NCBI GenBank assembly: GCA_011109175.1
Contig: RDEW01000091.1
Location: 54,818-118,817, forward strand
DNA length: 64,000 bases
Source of the DNA: Dicyema japonicum
Lineage: Eukaryota; Animalia; Dicyemida
Direction of reading: 5' to 3'
Notes under the pieces: generated by a model
The model's input: only the letters and a program-made list of their open reading frames with translations
What the model was told of the DNA's origin: nothing
Database searches by the model: none
In this document: positions 1 through 14,014 of the stretch, one piece after another
How positions within the stretch are numbered: the stretch's first letter is position 1
How the letters are laid out: each line of letters opens with the position of its first letter
Made by a program: the position numbers and the translations under genes

Positions 1-289
1 ATCTTTGAGGTCTTTGACTAGAGCTTTTGCCCTAGACAAATACCCTCAGGAAGTACTAAATATTAAGAAAAACATCACCAATATAATATCTGTAGCATGG
101 CTCACCATCATGCGATTAAATATTTTATTAATAAATAAGGTTCACCAATGATAATAATAATTAAAATTTAAAATTTTACTATTTAATTTAAATTTTATTT
201 AAGGCTATGGAAGATAAGAAAACAATCCTATTCTATCCTCCATTCCTTCCGATTATAATAAAATAGTTCATCGGCCCCCTCCTCCAATC

Positions 290-595
290 GACCAAACAAA
301 ATTCTCTATTCAAGGAGATATTCAGGTAAACCTGGCTCGTCTACGATGTGGGCACCGCCACTCTCAAACGACGTAGGTACTTAAACTGGATGATGCAAAA
401 GATGTCCTCTCTTTCTTTTGTATCCTTTCAGAGTTGACAGCAAATCACCTTTTTGAATGTCATAAACAGTACACTGTTCGTCTACCATGCCAAAGTTGAC
501 CAATCTATGGAAGCGACAGGCGTTCGCTGCGTTTTATTTAATAGCCGCTGGTCTCGTACATGTTAGCGGAACGGAGTTACTTAACTAACTAATCC
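290..595 (+). mobile_element. 3' remnant of an I/Jockey-group LINE (C-terminal zinc-finger region)
   Basis: Degenerate translation QVNLARLRCGH...ELTANHLFECH...MLAERSYL, followed by a (taac)n-like tail ttacttaactaactaat. Confidence 0.6.
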
Positions 596-700
596 TCATA
601 TACGTTTTCAACAAGAAAACGGGAGATTTTAGCTCGATTTACTCAAAAATAGGAATTTTTGAGACGCTTAGAGTAACAGATTCCATTCAGAATCGTATAT

Positions 701-780
701 AATCATCTGAGTGAGGGGATGTCTCTCACTCACCTAGGATGTCAATCATCTGAGGAGGGGATGTCTATCACTCACCTAGG
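701..780. repeat. Two tandem copies of a ~42-43 bp unit with hairpin potential
   Basis: aatcatctgagtgaggggatgtctctcactcacctagg (701-738) and aatcatctgaggaggggatgtctatcactcacctagg (744-780). Copy 1 has an 8-bp stem tgagtgag/ctcactca. Confidence 0.8.
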
Positions 781-876
781 CGTCGGTGTCCCTGAGACTG
801 TGAATCTAACATCCATTTGACATGCTTGTATGGACATTTCAGAAAGCGAGTTCAATTCCTTCAGGTGTGACTGGTT

Positions 877-1510
877 TTATGCATTTCTAGGACGACTGAA
901 ATTGCCAAATTCGTTCATTTTGTTTATGAATTTAAGAGTTCGCTTGTCTTCGGAGATAACATTGTTGACTTGTCTATTGGTGTGCAAAAGAGTGACTTTT
1001 ACGACCTCTTATCTTTTCCCTGACTATTGACCACGTTCTTCAGAAATCGGGGAGGTACCTTGATTATCGACGCTCTAGATACACTATTCTGTCTTGCCAA
1101 TCTCAGCCTGCAAATAAACATTCCGAATACCAAGAGTATAAATCTTAGTTTTCCATCAGATGAGTTAACCATCTTCCAGAGTCGCTGAAGTCTTTTTTTC
1201 TGATAGGATAGTGTTACTCCTGACATGGTTTTCCTTTAATTTCCACTCTTCTCGTCCACGTTGGAAAAAATTGTGAGAGAAAAAGTTGGCTCGTTCCAAT
1301 ACCTAGGGGAAAACTTAGTCTCTTGCAGAACATACCGCCTCTTTCTAATGAAAAATATCATTTTTGTCCCCAAGATAGTTTTCTCGCTACGAAGTTTCCC
1401 TTGTTTCCGCGAATCTGATTTTCTCAAATTTCTGAAGGACCTCATTAGACAATAAACTTAAGAAATTTTGAATATTCGATTTGATAGCATTCATGAAATC
1501 CAATGCGTAA
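877..1510 (-). CDS. Candidate multi-exon gene of unknown function; 5' part unresolved
   Basis: Open segments (MNAIKSNIQNFLSLLSNEVLQKFEK; VLERANFFSHNFFQRGREEWKLKENH; LRLARQNSVSRAS; VISEDKRTLKFINKMNEFGNFSRPRNA*) can be partly joined by 23-32 nt GT-AG introns. No homolog recognised. Confidence 0.3.
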
Positions 1511-1589
1511 ACCTGCTAAAAAAACTAAAAAAGTATACAGATATTTATCCCTCCCCCACATGTCTAAATGGACGTTAGCGGAGAATTCA

Positions 1590-2000
1590 AAGTACTGGCC
1601 CAATGCTTTCCCGGTACGCGCAGTTAGTATTCATTTGGATGTCGACAATATTTGTGTTAGAGTTGTTCTTTGGCTAGGCCTTGATGTCTGCTTGGATGCT
1701 GCGGGACGGTTGCCTAGAAAGGGCTATATCTTCTGTCTTGAGACAAAGCGTCGGGAGATTCCCTCGCCATACTAAGCTAAATTCGATGACTATCAAAGAC
1801 ACTGGGTTCACTTGTCTTCTGGAACCCGTTAGAATTAACAGAGATGATGGCAAGAGGCCAGATGATGTAATGACCATGTCATGGAGTCAAAGGAGGTCTC
1901 TTATTGGGACTCAACGTGCACAATACTTTATCAAACGTGAATCTGCTCAAGTCATCGCCATGTGTGGGTTTCACAGCGAGTAGTGCTGAAGATTGGGTGC
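1590..2000 (+). mobile_element. CRE-clade non-LTR retrotransposon, degenerate RLE endonuclease region
   Basis: WPNAFPVRAVSIHLDVDNICVRVVLWLGLDVC and GFTCLLEPVRINRDDGKRPD, homologous to the intact RLE ORF at 16185-16952. Confidence 0.8.
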
Positions 2001-2249
2001 TTTGCAGTGTGCGGAAAGGAGAGCCTAGAATGACACGATAGCTTGGACTCTCGATCATGAAGGTTAACCCTCATTCAGTGCCTACAAACCGTAATGGAGA
2101 CCTTTGACTTTCATTGACATTAGCGACTGAACCAATTAATGATTAAAAAACAGAGGTACGTCAAAGTAAACATTCGTCGATAAGAATCAGTCAACTGGGA
2201 CAGAATGGTAAAATTCAATTATTTTAGTTTCTATGGTGAAATAATCAAA

Positions 2250-3492
2250 ATGATATCCAAGCGTGGAAAAATTGTTTATCCTCTTGCCTTCTCCAAAGAT
2301 AGAAAATTTTTATGCGAGTTATGCCAGAGAGAAGCTCATCTTCAATGCAAGAAATGCAGAGTGGCATTTTATTGGTTTGTCTCCCATCGTTCTCAACTAG
2401 ATCAGCTGTAGTGAGCACTTGGAAGCCGATTTTAACGGCGTTCATGAAAAACTCTGCGACAAACTTTCCGAGGTGAGGTCTTCAACCCCGTTTTTTATAA
2501 CGGAAAGGGAGAGAGTTGAGCATAAAAACAAAATGATCTTTTTGAAAGTCTTCAATAAACTAAAAGTAGGAAAATATGCTGCAGTTGTGCAAGAAAGAGG
2601 CTCAGAAATACGTTTTCGAGAAAAAATTCAACGAAGCCACAGCGTCAGCGATTCAGGGGCTGAAATTTGACGTTGAATTAAACGGAATGGAAAGTTTGGG
2701 ACTGATCTCGTTGTATTTGATTCTCAGCGAGTCCAGCATTGGTGATGACTTGGATTTGAATTCAAAGGACTAAAAAAGATCCCAGAGGCCGAGAATTACT
2801 TGTGTCAAGCCAAATGGATTGTGCTGAAGAACGTCGATACCCCAAACCTTCTCAAGTCAAAAATGTTCCGTAATTTCGGTCTCCTCTATTTGGAGAAGAA
2901 AAAGTACGACGATGCTTTGACCGCCTTTTCGAAGGACGTGGGGATTTTTCTAATTCTAAGGTTTACTATGCCTCTTTGGATTCTTGCCAAGACAGTGTAC
3001 TGACCATTGGGGGATATTATAATTTGGCCAGAGTCTTCGAAGAGAAGAAAGAGGTTAAAGTCTCTAGTTCACTCTACCATAAAGTTATTTTGGTGTAATT
3101 CAGGTGGTCCACATATGGTTGACCAGATTTAAGGAATTGTACGACACCTGGTACCGGGAGGAGGTCAGAATTCAAAAAATAAACGTGGCGGCAAAGTTGG
3201 ATGTGAATAAAATCGTCAAAATAGGCAGATTGTGAATCATATTGTAGATAAGATTGAAGCGATCGAATCGGACGTGATTTTGACAAATATCCTCAAGTTT
3301 TTCGTGGACCTCAGTGGTTCATCGTCAGATCTTTCCACCATATATGTTGTACTTGTCTATTTGAATTTTTTAAACAACAACTTTTCAAAAGCACGTGAGT
3401 ATTACTTATGTCTGCATGAGTTAAAAGACCAGCTCGATTCCTCGAATTCTTTGCTTATTCCAAAAGAATTATTGACGGAGATTTTAGCCTGA
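2250..3492 (+). CDS. ZMYND12: Zinc finger MYND domain-containing protein 12 (cilia/flagella associated)
   Basis: Spliced translation IVYPLAFSKDRKFLCELC..C..C..FYCCSEHLEADF..HEKLC..STPF..AQKYVFE..AENYLCQAKWIVLK..RNFGLLYLEKK..GGYYNLA is colinear with known ZMYND12. Six GT-AG introns of 31, 22, 26, 23, 20 and 26 nt restore the frame; the last is less certain. Confidence 0.9.
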
Positions 3493-3494
3493 TT

Positions 3495-4300
3495 AACGTC
3501 TAACTTGTCTAACTTTAGCCATATTTCGTTGTCTGGTTTTAGGTCACTGAGATCTTTAAGTCCCTTAAATAACCTGACTGATTAACTGAATCTGGAATGG
3601 TAGCCTCGTCCCGTGCCCACTACCAAGCAAACTATTTGGTAGTTGTTGGTAAGGGAAAAAAGTGGAGTCTGTTAGGTGGAAGTGTAGTCAGATTTCTCGA
3701 GCGGTGACTTGTATGATAACCAGAAGTCGTTTTTTGCTTTCCAAAAACAAAACGAGAATCATGCTCACCGTGGGTGACAAAGTTCTCATTCTTCGAACCA
3801 TTCCAGAGGCTGAGCCCACTCAATCGTGCCTTGAACGATCCACGGCTGGGTTTCTATAATGCCATCAAAAACCTTGGTATCAACAAGCTTCTGTGACATC
3901 TTCCATATAACATTGACTGAATGGAAGCTTCCTTATCGCGGGAGGTTCATGTCCAATTGGCACGCTTCTACTGAGGTCACCGTATGAATTTCTAGCCTAT
4001 TTCTCCGTTTTGCTCTTTATTCCCCTTCTAGACCTCTTATTTTTCAGGTTCCACCTTGAGTTCTAGGTCGCACCAGATACACCTTATGGATTTTTAGGAG
4101 CGTCTACTCTGAGTAGTTATTTTCTGTTAGCCATCGGTTTTCATCGCTATTTCTGTTAGCCAGCCAAAACCTCAGGGGTTATAAAGCCAAAATCGCTTCA
4201 CTTCCTACGTGTTATGGAATCGTTGATGAAAAGTTAATTGAGTGGATTTCCATACAAACCGTAAAAGAGAACCCGTCTCAACCACACTTCACTATACATC
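3495..4300 (-). mobile_element. 3' remnant of an I-group LINE, convergent with and abutting the ZMYND12 stop
   Basis: Degenerate C-terminal translation VGTGRGYHSRF...FKGLKDLSDLKPDNEIWLKLDKLDV, typical of LINE ORF2 ends. Confidence 0.55.
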
Positions 4301-4419
4301 TTTAGCCTCTTAATAAAATATAAAATTAGCATTACATTGTATTTGTTTGCATGATATAGATTTTTTAGAAATAATCAATTTTTCTACACTTGAACTCACA
4401 ATGGGATGAATAATAATTA

Positions 4420-5340
4420 GGGCGGAAATAATAGGACATTTTTTAGGACATTTTAAAAACAAAATAGTACAATTAGGACATCTTAACAAGAAAATAGGAC
4501 AAATCATTTTAGAACAATTTATTTTCACAAACTCCTCCATCTTGTGATAATTATCTGGAGGTAATTTAATCTCATACAACATAGTTCTGCGCTTTATTGA
4601 TTTCGAAAGAGAAATTTTCATTTTTCCAATTAGGTCATTAACTGCGAGATATTTTGACATTATTTTTATTGTACAATTTTGTAGCAAATGAAAAAAACAT
4701 TTATTATTTTCATTTTTCAGTATCTTGAAAGTTTTCATCATCACTAATAAATAATATCAAATTCTAAATTTTTAATAAGAATTTATCAAAAACATCTCTA
4801 ATTGTTGAAATTATAACATTCGAATTTGAATATGAATTAATAGCTGATTTCATAATGCATAAGTCTCTGGATTACAAATAGCCCGACAATTATATTTAAT
4901 ATTTTTTCCAGTTAATTTTAATTATATAATTGTTTGTCCAAAAATGTTTTCTGTAGTTCAATAATGTAGATCATACAGTTTATAAATATTTTTTCGGAAT
5001 GCTGTTATAGACAGTACATGATAATTTAATTTGAGAAATGGCTTTTTATATAACTATTCCCTAATTTGTGAAGTGGAATATCAGCATGTAAAATGCTTTA
5101 ATTAAACAGATATCCAGTTTTTCTTTTTTTTCTTTAGAAAGAAAACGTTGAGTGGTCTCTATACTTTTTTGGCATTGTGTCTGATGTCTATTTCCATTAA
5201 AATGTTGATCGATGTAGTATTGTTTATATGATTTTACTATCTTTGAGCATTTTTGGTAAAATAAATCTCCTTAGGTGCTCTTTTAAATATTTATGAGTTT
5301 TTGGAAATTGCTTTTGAAATTCGTTCCTTATTTTTTCCTC
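4420..5340 (-). mobile_element. Probable hAT-like DNA transposon remnant
   Basis: Cluster of taggaca subterminal-type repeats at 4430-4500, and degenerate ADIPLHKLGNSYIKSHF resembling the hAT/CGGBP NIPxxKL motif. No TIRs found. Confidence 0.35.
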
Positions 5341-5390
5341 TGTGTTTTAGTAATTGATAAAATACAAACCTTTCATTAAATGAAGAATGC

Positions 5391-5620
5391 TAATAATAAT
5401 AACAGCCTTTTTCACGGAGCCGTGGTATTTATAGCCCCGCATAGGGAGGACACACACTTTATTTAAGTAAAAAACAGTTAATTTTAACTAATCGTAGAAC
5501 CAAGGGATGATGTCAGTTCTTTTTTCTTGTGTGTGGGTACTTTCTAGACTATCCAGTTCCGCAGTGAATATCCACTGATGACGGCGTCACTCGTCAAGCC
5601 CTTTTAACATCGTAGATGCA
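5391..5620 (-). mobile_element. SINE family 1 copy, 5'-truncated
   Basis: Reverse complement carries the core gacgagtgacgccgtcatcagtgga..cactgcggaactgga, the 3' stem-loop gctata-aatac-cacggc and a (tta)n tail. Confidence 0.85.
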
Positions 5621-5991
5621 ATGGGATAAGAATATCACAAAATACCAGAGGAAAAAAGGGGATGAGGGAGCGGTCTTCGAGTTAGAAGAGGACAAAAATC
5701 AATAATTTATAATGAAGCTTAAATGTTATTTTTGCGTCAAATTTAGGTTTGACAGTTCAAGAGTTAGAATACGTTTTTTTCATTAAAGGTATTTAAAAAA
5801 AATTCTTGTTCATTGTTATTCAAAATTATTGATTTTAATTGTTCAAATTGGCCACAAAATTCTAATGAACCAATAAATGACAATTTGCGAGAGTCGAGTG
5901 TATTTAATTTTGCGAAATTGATTAGGAAAGAATAATATACAAATTCAAAAAATTATAAAAAACTTTTTTAAGAAATGATAACGCAAACAGC

Positions 5992-7877
<1,886 letters not shown>

Positions 7878-8039
7878 GAAAATTTTAAAATTGCGCAAAA
7901 TATTTTAATTTGATAATTATAATAAATAGTTTTATTCAATTAATTTATTTTTTAATTCATCTATTTTATTTCTCAGTTTTTTGTTGAGGTAATGACTTGA
8001 CTCAATTGCACCTAGTCTTAATCACATGAGGGTATCAGA

Positions 8040-8870
8040 GGATTTTACGAGGAGGAGAACGATATTTTCAAACGAATAATCTTATACCAGGAAGTGAATA
8101 CTGACAGTACTACTACTGGATGCTTTCAACGAAATTAGGTGGGACTAGATGAGTTACATAATGATGACCGAATCATCCTCCCACCTTCAGAATCTCACCA
8201 CTATGGGAATCATTATTGGAATTCAGTGTTGTGCAACAACTGATTTATAGTCTCACGTGTGAGAACTTAGTATACTTGACATTTTGTTCCTATGATAGTG
8301 GTAATAATATGTGTTTATTGCTTTGCTATTTTGCCATTTGGGCCCTAGTAGCAAATCTGATACCAAAGGACGACAGATGAACGGATGGATGAACTGACGA
8401 ACAAAAACATAGTATCTTATATAACAATGGTCCTAGGTTCGATCCCCACAGTGGTTACTTGTTCAGAGGGTTCCCCTACTTTCCCTTGTTTTACTAGAGT
8501 GGCGTCATGTAATCTACCTGTGTTAGGTGCCATTGATTTCCATGATTCATGAAATTTATACTTTTATGCAACGTGGTACTTAGTCCGCACAAAACAAAAA
8601 CTTTGAAAACTGAACGCTTTTCATACACCCTATCCCCATGGAACCATTTCATATTCTTTACAAGAGAACGAAGAGCACAATAATTTATTACGAGATCCTG
8701 GAGTATGAGGATGATAAAAAATTCGGATAGTTTTTCGATAAAGGGAGTTGATTATGTGGATCATAGTTTAAAATAGAGCGAATCGCCTCACAACAAAGGA
8801 ATACTCTACAAATGGATTGCTCGTAGTGTTGCAGTAGTGACCTATGACAAGTTATTATTATTATTACCCC
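8040..8870 (+). mobile_element. Degenerate RTE-type LINE 3' region interrupted by small insertions
   Basis: Degenerate VNTDSTTT..VGLDELHNDDRIILP and a (tta)n tract at 8852-8867. Contains a B-box fragment ggttcgatccc near 8430 and a gacagatgaacggatggatg microsatellite-like stretch. Confidence 0.45.
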
Positions 8871-8925
8871 GAGGATCACTGGGTCAAAGAGAAAGAAATA
8901 AAAGTTCTCATCTAACTAAGTGATC

Positions 8926-11040
8926 CCAGACCGACAAAGGTGAGGACGAGTCCGGCGGGGTCGAGAATCCTGAACAGCTCTTCTCATTGGACATGGCATC
9001 GGCTCAAAATTTCTGTATGATTGTAGATAATTCGATAGTATTTGGAATAAAGGGCAGCTCGGTAGAATAGCCTCCTTTAATAGTTTCCGTTGTAGTTCAA
9101 TTAAAAAGTTTTCAATAGGTTGGATATTGTGATCTGGTCCAATTAACCTTATTGCAGTCTCCTCGATTGCAGATAATTTCAATGTGGAAGATCGTGACAT
9201 TTGCATTGCCCATGAAGGACTTGCATACGTCATCGTTGGTCGGATAAATTGTTTGTAAATCGTGGCAAGGACACCAGTTTGATCTCTAAGTGTTTTTGAG
9301 AGCACTTTTAAAATTCTGACAAGTTATTGAATGGATCATCCAAACAAGTGTACACACAATGCTCATTCTCTAGAGGTTTTTGGTAAGGACTTGTCCTACA
9401 AGAAGATGAAATTCAATAACTTGTCATACGTCACTTCAAGAACTTAAGGAGAATTTGTTACAGGTATCTGAATAGATCCGATGAAAATTCCTGGTTTTAT
9501 CGCAATGATGGTTTGAAGTGAAAAGAGTTTATGTCGATTTTTTGGCCGAAGTTTTGACATGCTACTATCATTAGCTAGGATAGTGACGAGAAATCTCTTT
9601 GCATGTTGGTTTGTCGTGAAGAAATAGTTTGAAAAGCGTTGGAGAACCTTGGGTCAATCCGTTTGTTAGTAATCGTGATTTTGATCTTAGGTGGCCACAG
9701 TTAACTTTTCTCCCTGAGAGAAAGTTGGTCAACACAGTTTCAAACACAGTTTCAGAAACCTTATTGATAAGAAGTTTCCTTGGGAGTGTTAAATGCTCCA
9801 TTAATGTCAATGGAAACATGTGAGGTGGAGTAGCATTAAAGCATAAGCAATAAATTGTGAGAAGTACACGTAAGCCGTGACACCTACCTGTTCATCTTCA
9901 AGAGAGTTATTCTCCCTACCCTACTTTATGAGTGCGAGGGTGGTTCTTCTCTGAGAAGAGGGAGAAGATCTTATCCTTCCTAGAGAAGACAAGGAGAGCA
10001 GCAATTAAGCTTTCCTTAAACAAGAAACTGAGAGACTGTCTAAGCGAAAATGAAGACAAGCTGTTAGAACCGATTAGCAGGATTATGGAGGATCGGATCA
10101 ATTATTTCACGAGGAGATCAAAGATCAAGGTCACATATATAAAACTTGGAGAAATTTTCTAAAAAAATTTAAAAAGAAGAAGGGTCCAGGTGTGGAGTCC
10201 AAGCCTTATGGAATGACTCAGAAGTAATACCCTCCAGAATACTCCTTAACTCTTTTGTTAATAAATTGTTATTGTTGTTGTATTGTGAGAACGTTGATAA
10301 GTGTGTTGTTGATCTTCAAGAATGAAAAACGTGTTAGAATCTAGATTGAGGAAGAGACGGAGTAATAAACGTGAGTACGAGTTTTTCAAGTAATTTGGAC
10401 AGTGTTCAGGTTAGCGGAATTTCCCTTCGGTTTTCCTATTTTTTTCAAATCTTAAGGATAATGTTGCTCTTTACAGACAGCTTGAAAATTCAAGTGAGGT
10501 AGCTGATTGCATCGTGAAGCGGGTGTTTTAGATGAATTGAAGACACTTTGTCAGGAACAACAGGCCCGTGAACTCTTTAATCCGACGATAACTTTTAAAA
10601 CCTGTTTTTCTGAAAATAGTTAGTGTTAGAGTTTATGGAAGCCTAATATCTAGTGTTTCGAGAATTTTTAGAAAAAGATCACAGCGCAGTGTTTCACAAG
10701 TAAGTTAAGATGTATATGACACACGTATCCTGGGGAAAGCTTTCAGTTCTATTTTCCAACTCAAGTCTGCCTTTAGGTGATACAAGGGAATGTTCTTATT
10801 AATGATATTTGACAAACTTAGCACACAATAAGTGAACACTGACATAGATCAAATGTTAAGTTTTGTGGTATAAAATGCATAGAATGGACTAGTAAGTTGG
10901 CCAAAATAAGACACAAAACCATAAAAATGAATAATTAATAAAATACACGAGTAATGTTGAGATCTATACTAGATTGTGTTTGGAACACATTGATAATATT
11001 TATTGTCTCATGATCGTCTGGTAAAAAACGGAAGATCCTT
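8926..11040 (-). mobile_element. 5'-truncated I/Jockey-group LINE (RT remnant) with 16-bp TSD
   Basis: RT motifs LLTNGLTQGSPTLFKLF and IYKQFIRPTMTYASPSW. Identical atctaactaagtgatc at 8910-8925 and 11041-11056. Homologous plus-strand copy at 49450-50530. Confidence 0.8.
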
Positions 11041-11056
11041 ATCTAACTAAGTGATC

Positions 11057-11326
11057 TAAGTTTTCATGTTCAGATTTTCTAAACATCTGGTCAGTCTACA
11101 TCCACCATTCTGGGAACCCATCCAGCGCAGCAGGGAAAAGCAAGATCCCTTTTGTTATGCTGACTAGGTGTTTACTGTTGCACCCAAGGTCGCCCCCTGA
11201 ACAGGTAGATCACTATGACATTCCTCGTAAAAATCAAATAAGGTAAAGAACAGAAAGGTAAGTATTGGTTTGGGAATCAAACCTACAACCAATTACGACA
11301 TCAATAACCACTAAGCGACTCGGTCT
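11057..11326 (-). mobile_element. SINE family 2 (tRNA-like head)
   Basis: Reverse strand starts gaccgagtcgcttagtggtt (A box) ... ggtttgattccc (B box). Homologs at 30369-30505 and 57350-57420. Confidence 0.55.
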
Positions 11327-11539
11327 TGAAATTTTTTAGAATACATTCAGAACACCACTTAATCTTATAATTTTTAAATTTAAAATAGTTATAGCCGCTT
11401 AATTTAAATATTAGAGAATAATTAATTTTCAAATTTTTTATCGAGTCACCATTTAGCCGGAAAAACATTATCTAATAAAATTATTATGTGGACTTACTGC
11501 ACTCTCCATCATAATTAGTTATTCATGTTGGCGTTTTTT

Positions 11540-11970
11540 GAATTTTCTGTGGATTTCCTAATGGAGGGGTGTGATTGGATAAGAGGCCATCAATTTTTCT
11601 GCGTTTTATTCTGATGAATTTTTGGTATTGACCTTTTTTAGTTTAAATTTACAGATTCTAATTAATTTTTGAAAATTATCCTGTCCTCGAAGTGATGCAG
11701 TCGTTCTGCTTAGGACCATCGAAATTACAGAGTTTAAATCTTTTTCTTCGTTGACACTGGCTATAGTTTGAACTCCTCTCGATATTGGAGGTTGTTCAAC
11801 ATAGTAACAATATCTGAAGAAAAGGTGCCAAGCTTCGACTCTAGGTTCTTTTTGTTTATTTGATTCAAAACCTTGCCCGTTACAGAATGTCCAGATTTTC
11901 GTTTGCTTAAATTTCTAAGTTCGGGGACTGAAGATCCACTGTCGTGCCTTTTTTGAGTTTCACTCATTTT
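11540..11970 (-). CDS. Possible small gene of unknown function, frameshifted
   Basis: MSETQKRHDSGSSVPELRNLSKRKSGH...; the paralog at 37300-37590 keeps PISRGVQ in frame. A 20-nt gtaaatttaaactaaaaaag intron would give a C-terminal exon. No homolog recognised. Confidence 0.25.
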
Positions 11971-12129
11971 TGTCAAAATACGATTTCCAAATTTAAGTAT
12001 GACGCAAATCTGCGATTCCTTCTGATTAGTCGAGTAACCACTTTACGCATATTTAACATCGATAAAGTGCATTTAAGTGTATTTTGAGTATTTATCAAAA
12101 AATTATCAAATCTCAACTATAAAAACTTT

Positions 12130-13210
12130 AAATGCATGCAAGAAGAACGGACGACTTTGTACCAACCTTAAGACAACAAAATACTGATACGCAGCCTCTT
12201 GAGATCATCGCTTTAGAAATGCTGATCACGAGGGCCATTATAGTGTGGATGCCATCCATATTTGTTGGAAAAGAGATATGGATTTTTTGCATACACAGGA
12301 ACAACCAGAAGGATATCGAGAGCGGCCTTTAATAATCGCCAGTTTAATGAAGCTGATAATGCTCGTTCAACTTTCAAATTTTTAAGCTAGTGGGGTTCGA
12401 ATCATAGACATTCACATTGGAAGAAAAAAGACAATCAATCAATATTTAATAATCCCGGATATAGAGGAACGAGATAAAGAGTCAAATAACGTATAATTAA
12501 AGTATACCCAGTTCCATCCTTCTTAAGCATCAGATCAAATCATCTCCGTTATTGTGGGAACCTTTTCACTGGAATAGGTAAGAGAGGAATTTTGTGGGTA
12601 CCGGCAAGGAACTGACGTCTCCCAAGTCGGGTTGATCTTATGACGCTTCTTGGTAATTTAAAAAGGCAATGAACATAATGAAATCCTTCGACCGAGTAGA
12701 TATCGGCGTTATTCACACAGGGAACATCGAGAAAACACACACCTACATACAGGACTACATAACCCCAGGAAACATCGAGAAAAAAGTTCTCATCATCAAG
12801 TGTCTGACTTGAGTCTACACAGGAAATAGACGAGGGACGGATTTTCGTGGAACAACTGATCATTTATCGATCGTGAAATGAGCGAACATGATGGATTATT
12901 TGGTTCTGACACCCATTTCTTGGTATCGACGACTTCGACAAGATAGTATAAAGGACCGTAATAAATGTGAAGTCTTTGTGTAGCTGATTTGGTTCAACGT
13001 CGACGCATAGAGTGCGACACAAACGTGAACTACAAACCTGAGATTGTTGAAGTCGCAAAAAAACAAAAAATGCACATTTATAACAAATATTCCAACAAAG
13101 CATTATTTCTCGTCTTCATATACAGCAGAATGGTAAAATTCATCAAACACGTGCAACTCCTCTTCAGAAATGGAACAAAAATCAGCCAAGTGATGGCAAT
13201 TCAAAACTGA
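12130..13210 (+). CDS. Candidate multi-exon gene of unknown function (possibly decaying), convergent with the MTERF4-like gene
   Basis: Tiny GT-AG introns (22, 22 and 26 nt) join SGVRIIDIHIGRKK..IPDIEERDKDIPSSILLKH and RRLRQDSIKDPDLVQRRRIECDTNVNYKPEIV. The last junction is conserved in the paralog near 38540-38600. A full ORF could not be closed. Confidence 0.3.
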
Positions 13211-13911
13211 TTTGAGGGATTTGTTAGTTGTATAACTCAGTTGATTTGATCTTGGAGGAGAATGGAGTCCACATTTCAACAATAAGGTAAATCTCCGCTT
13301 TATTTCATCAAAAGGAACTCCCAATGCTTCACTGTCGGCTATCTCGTGGTCTGGATAGCCGAGATACAGCAAATATTGAATTTTCTCCAATAATGATTCC
13401 TCAGAGGAGTTCATGACTTCACAAAAGTTGTTGACCAATATTTTCTTAGCCATCCGAGTCGGAAAGTAAGACAACAAAAAATTAAATTTTGAGGACACGT
13501 GAATAGAAGATAGCTCATCCCAGAGAACCTGAGAAATGAAAAAAATATCAAAACCCTCTCTGATAAAGCCTCAGTAATAGCATGGGCGGTAGTCCCACTG
13601 TCGATCCCCAGTTTTCGAATACTTTGAAAAATATCGCAAAATTTTCCAACGTCCAACTCCGAAAAATTTGAATTCGATAAAGAAATTAGATTTTCTATGG
13701 GAATTGTTAGTCTGATCAGGGTGTTTAGTTTGTTAATGTCAGCAATTAAAAGATGATACGAATTAATTGAGGACAAAAACTTGTTTATGTCCACGGTTCG
13801 ATATCCATTGTCCGCGAATGACCATTTGATTTTTTCCCAAAGTGTCTTGTCTCGAGAAAATCTGGAACGGTAGCATTTTTTAATTAAATTAAATAACCGA
13901 CGTTGAATCAT
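13103..13911 (-). CDS. MTERF4: Mitochondrial transcription termination factor family protein, MTERF4-like
   Basis: Arg/Lys-rich N-terminus MIQRRLFNLIKK and one 26-nt intron. C-terminus EIKRRFTLLLKCGLHSPP..LKSVL..CSISEEELHVF resembles MTERF4 (IKQRHIYLERLGRYQTP..LKDIL..SVEEFQVF). Confidence 0.65.
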
Positions 13912-14014
13912 CGTAAAAATGAAATTTATATAGTTTAAATTTTATTAATTTAGTTAAAATTTAATTTGAAAAAGATTATGGTCTTGTGATTAATTTAAGG
14001 CTGGAGACTTCATT

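Noticed and set aside
3200-3250. Possible 23-nt GC-AG or 16-nt intron in ZMYND12
   Set aside because: A canonical 26-nt GT-AG intron restores the frame, so a non-canonical site is not needed; unresolved without RNA data
4310-4744. 144-aa ORF with repeated CP motifs
   Set aside because: The CP repeats are the translation of taggaca DNA repeats in an AT-rich transposon-like end
11258-11268. atacttacct on the minus strand, identical to the U1 snRNA 5' end
   Set aside because: Only 10 nt match, nothing downstream resembles U1, and the paralog near 30435 lacks it
12549-13103. Minus-strand ORFs with TAATG / TAA-ATG stop-start coupling after MTERF, resembling an operon or reinitiation
   Set aside because: The coupling is not conserved in the paralog (taa is aaa, plus an indel), differences are mostly non-synonymous, and a plus-strand spliced gene explains the region better
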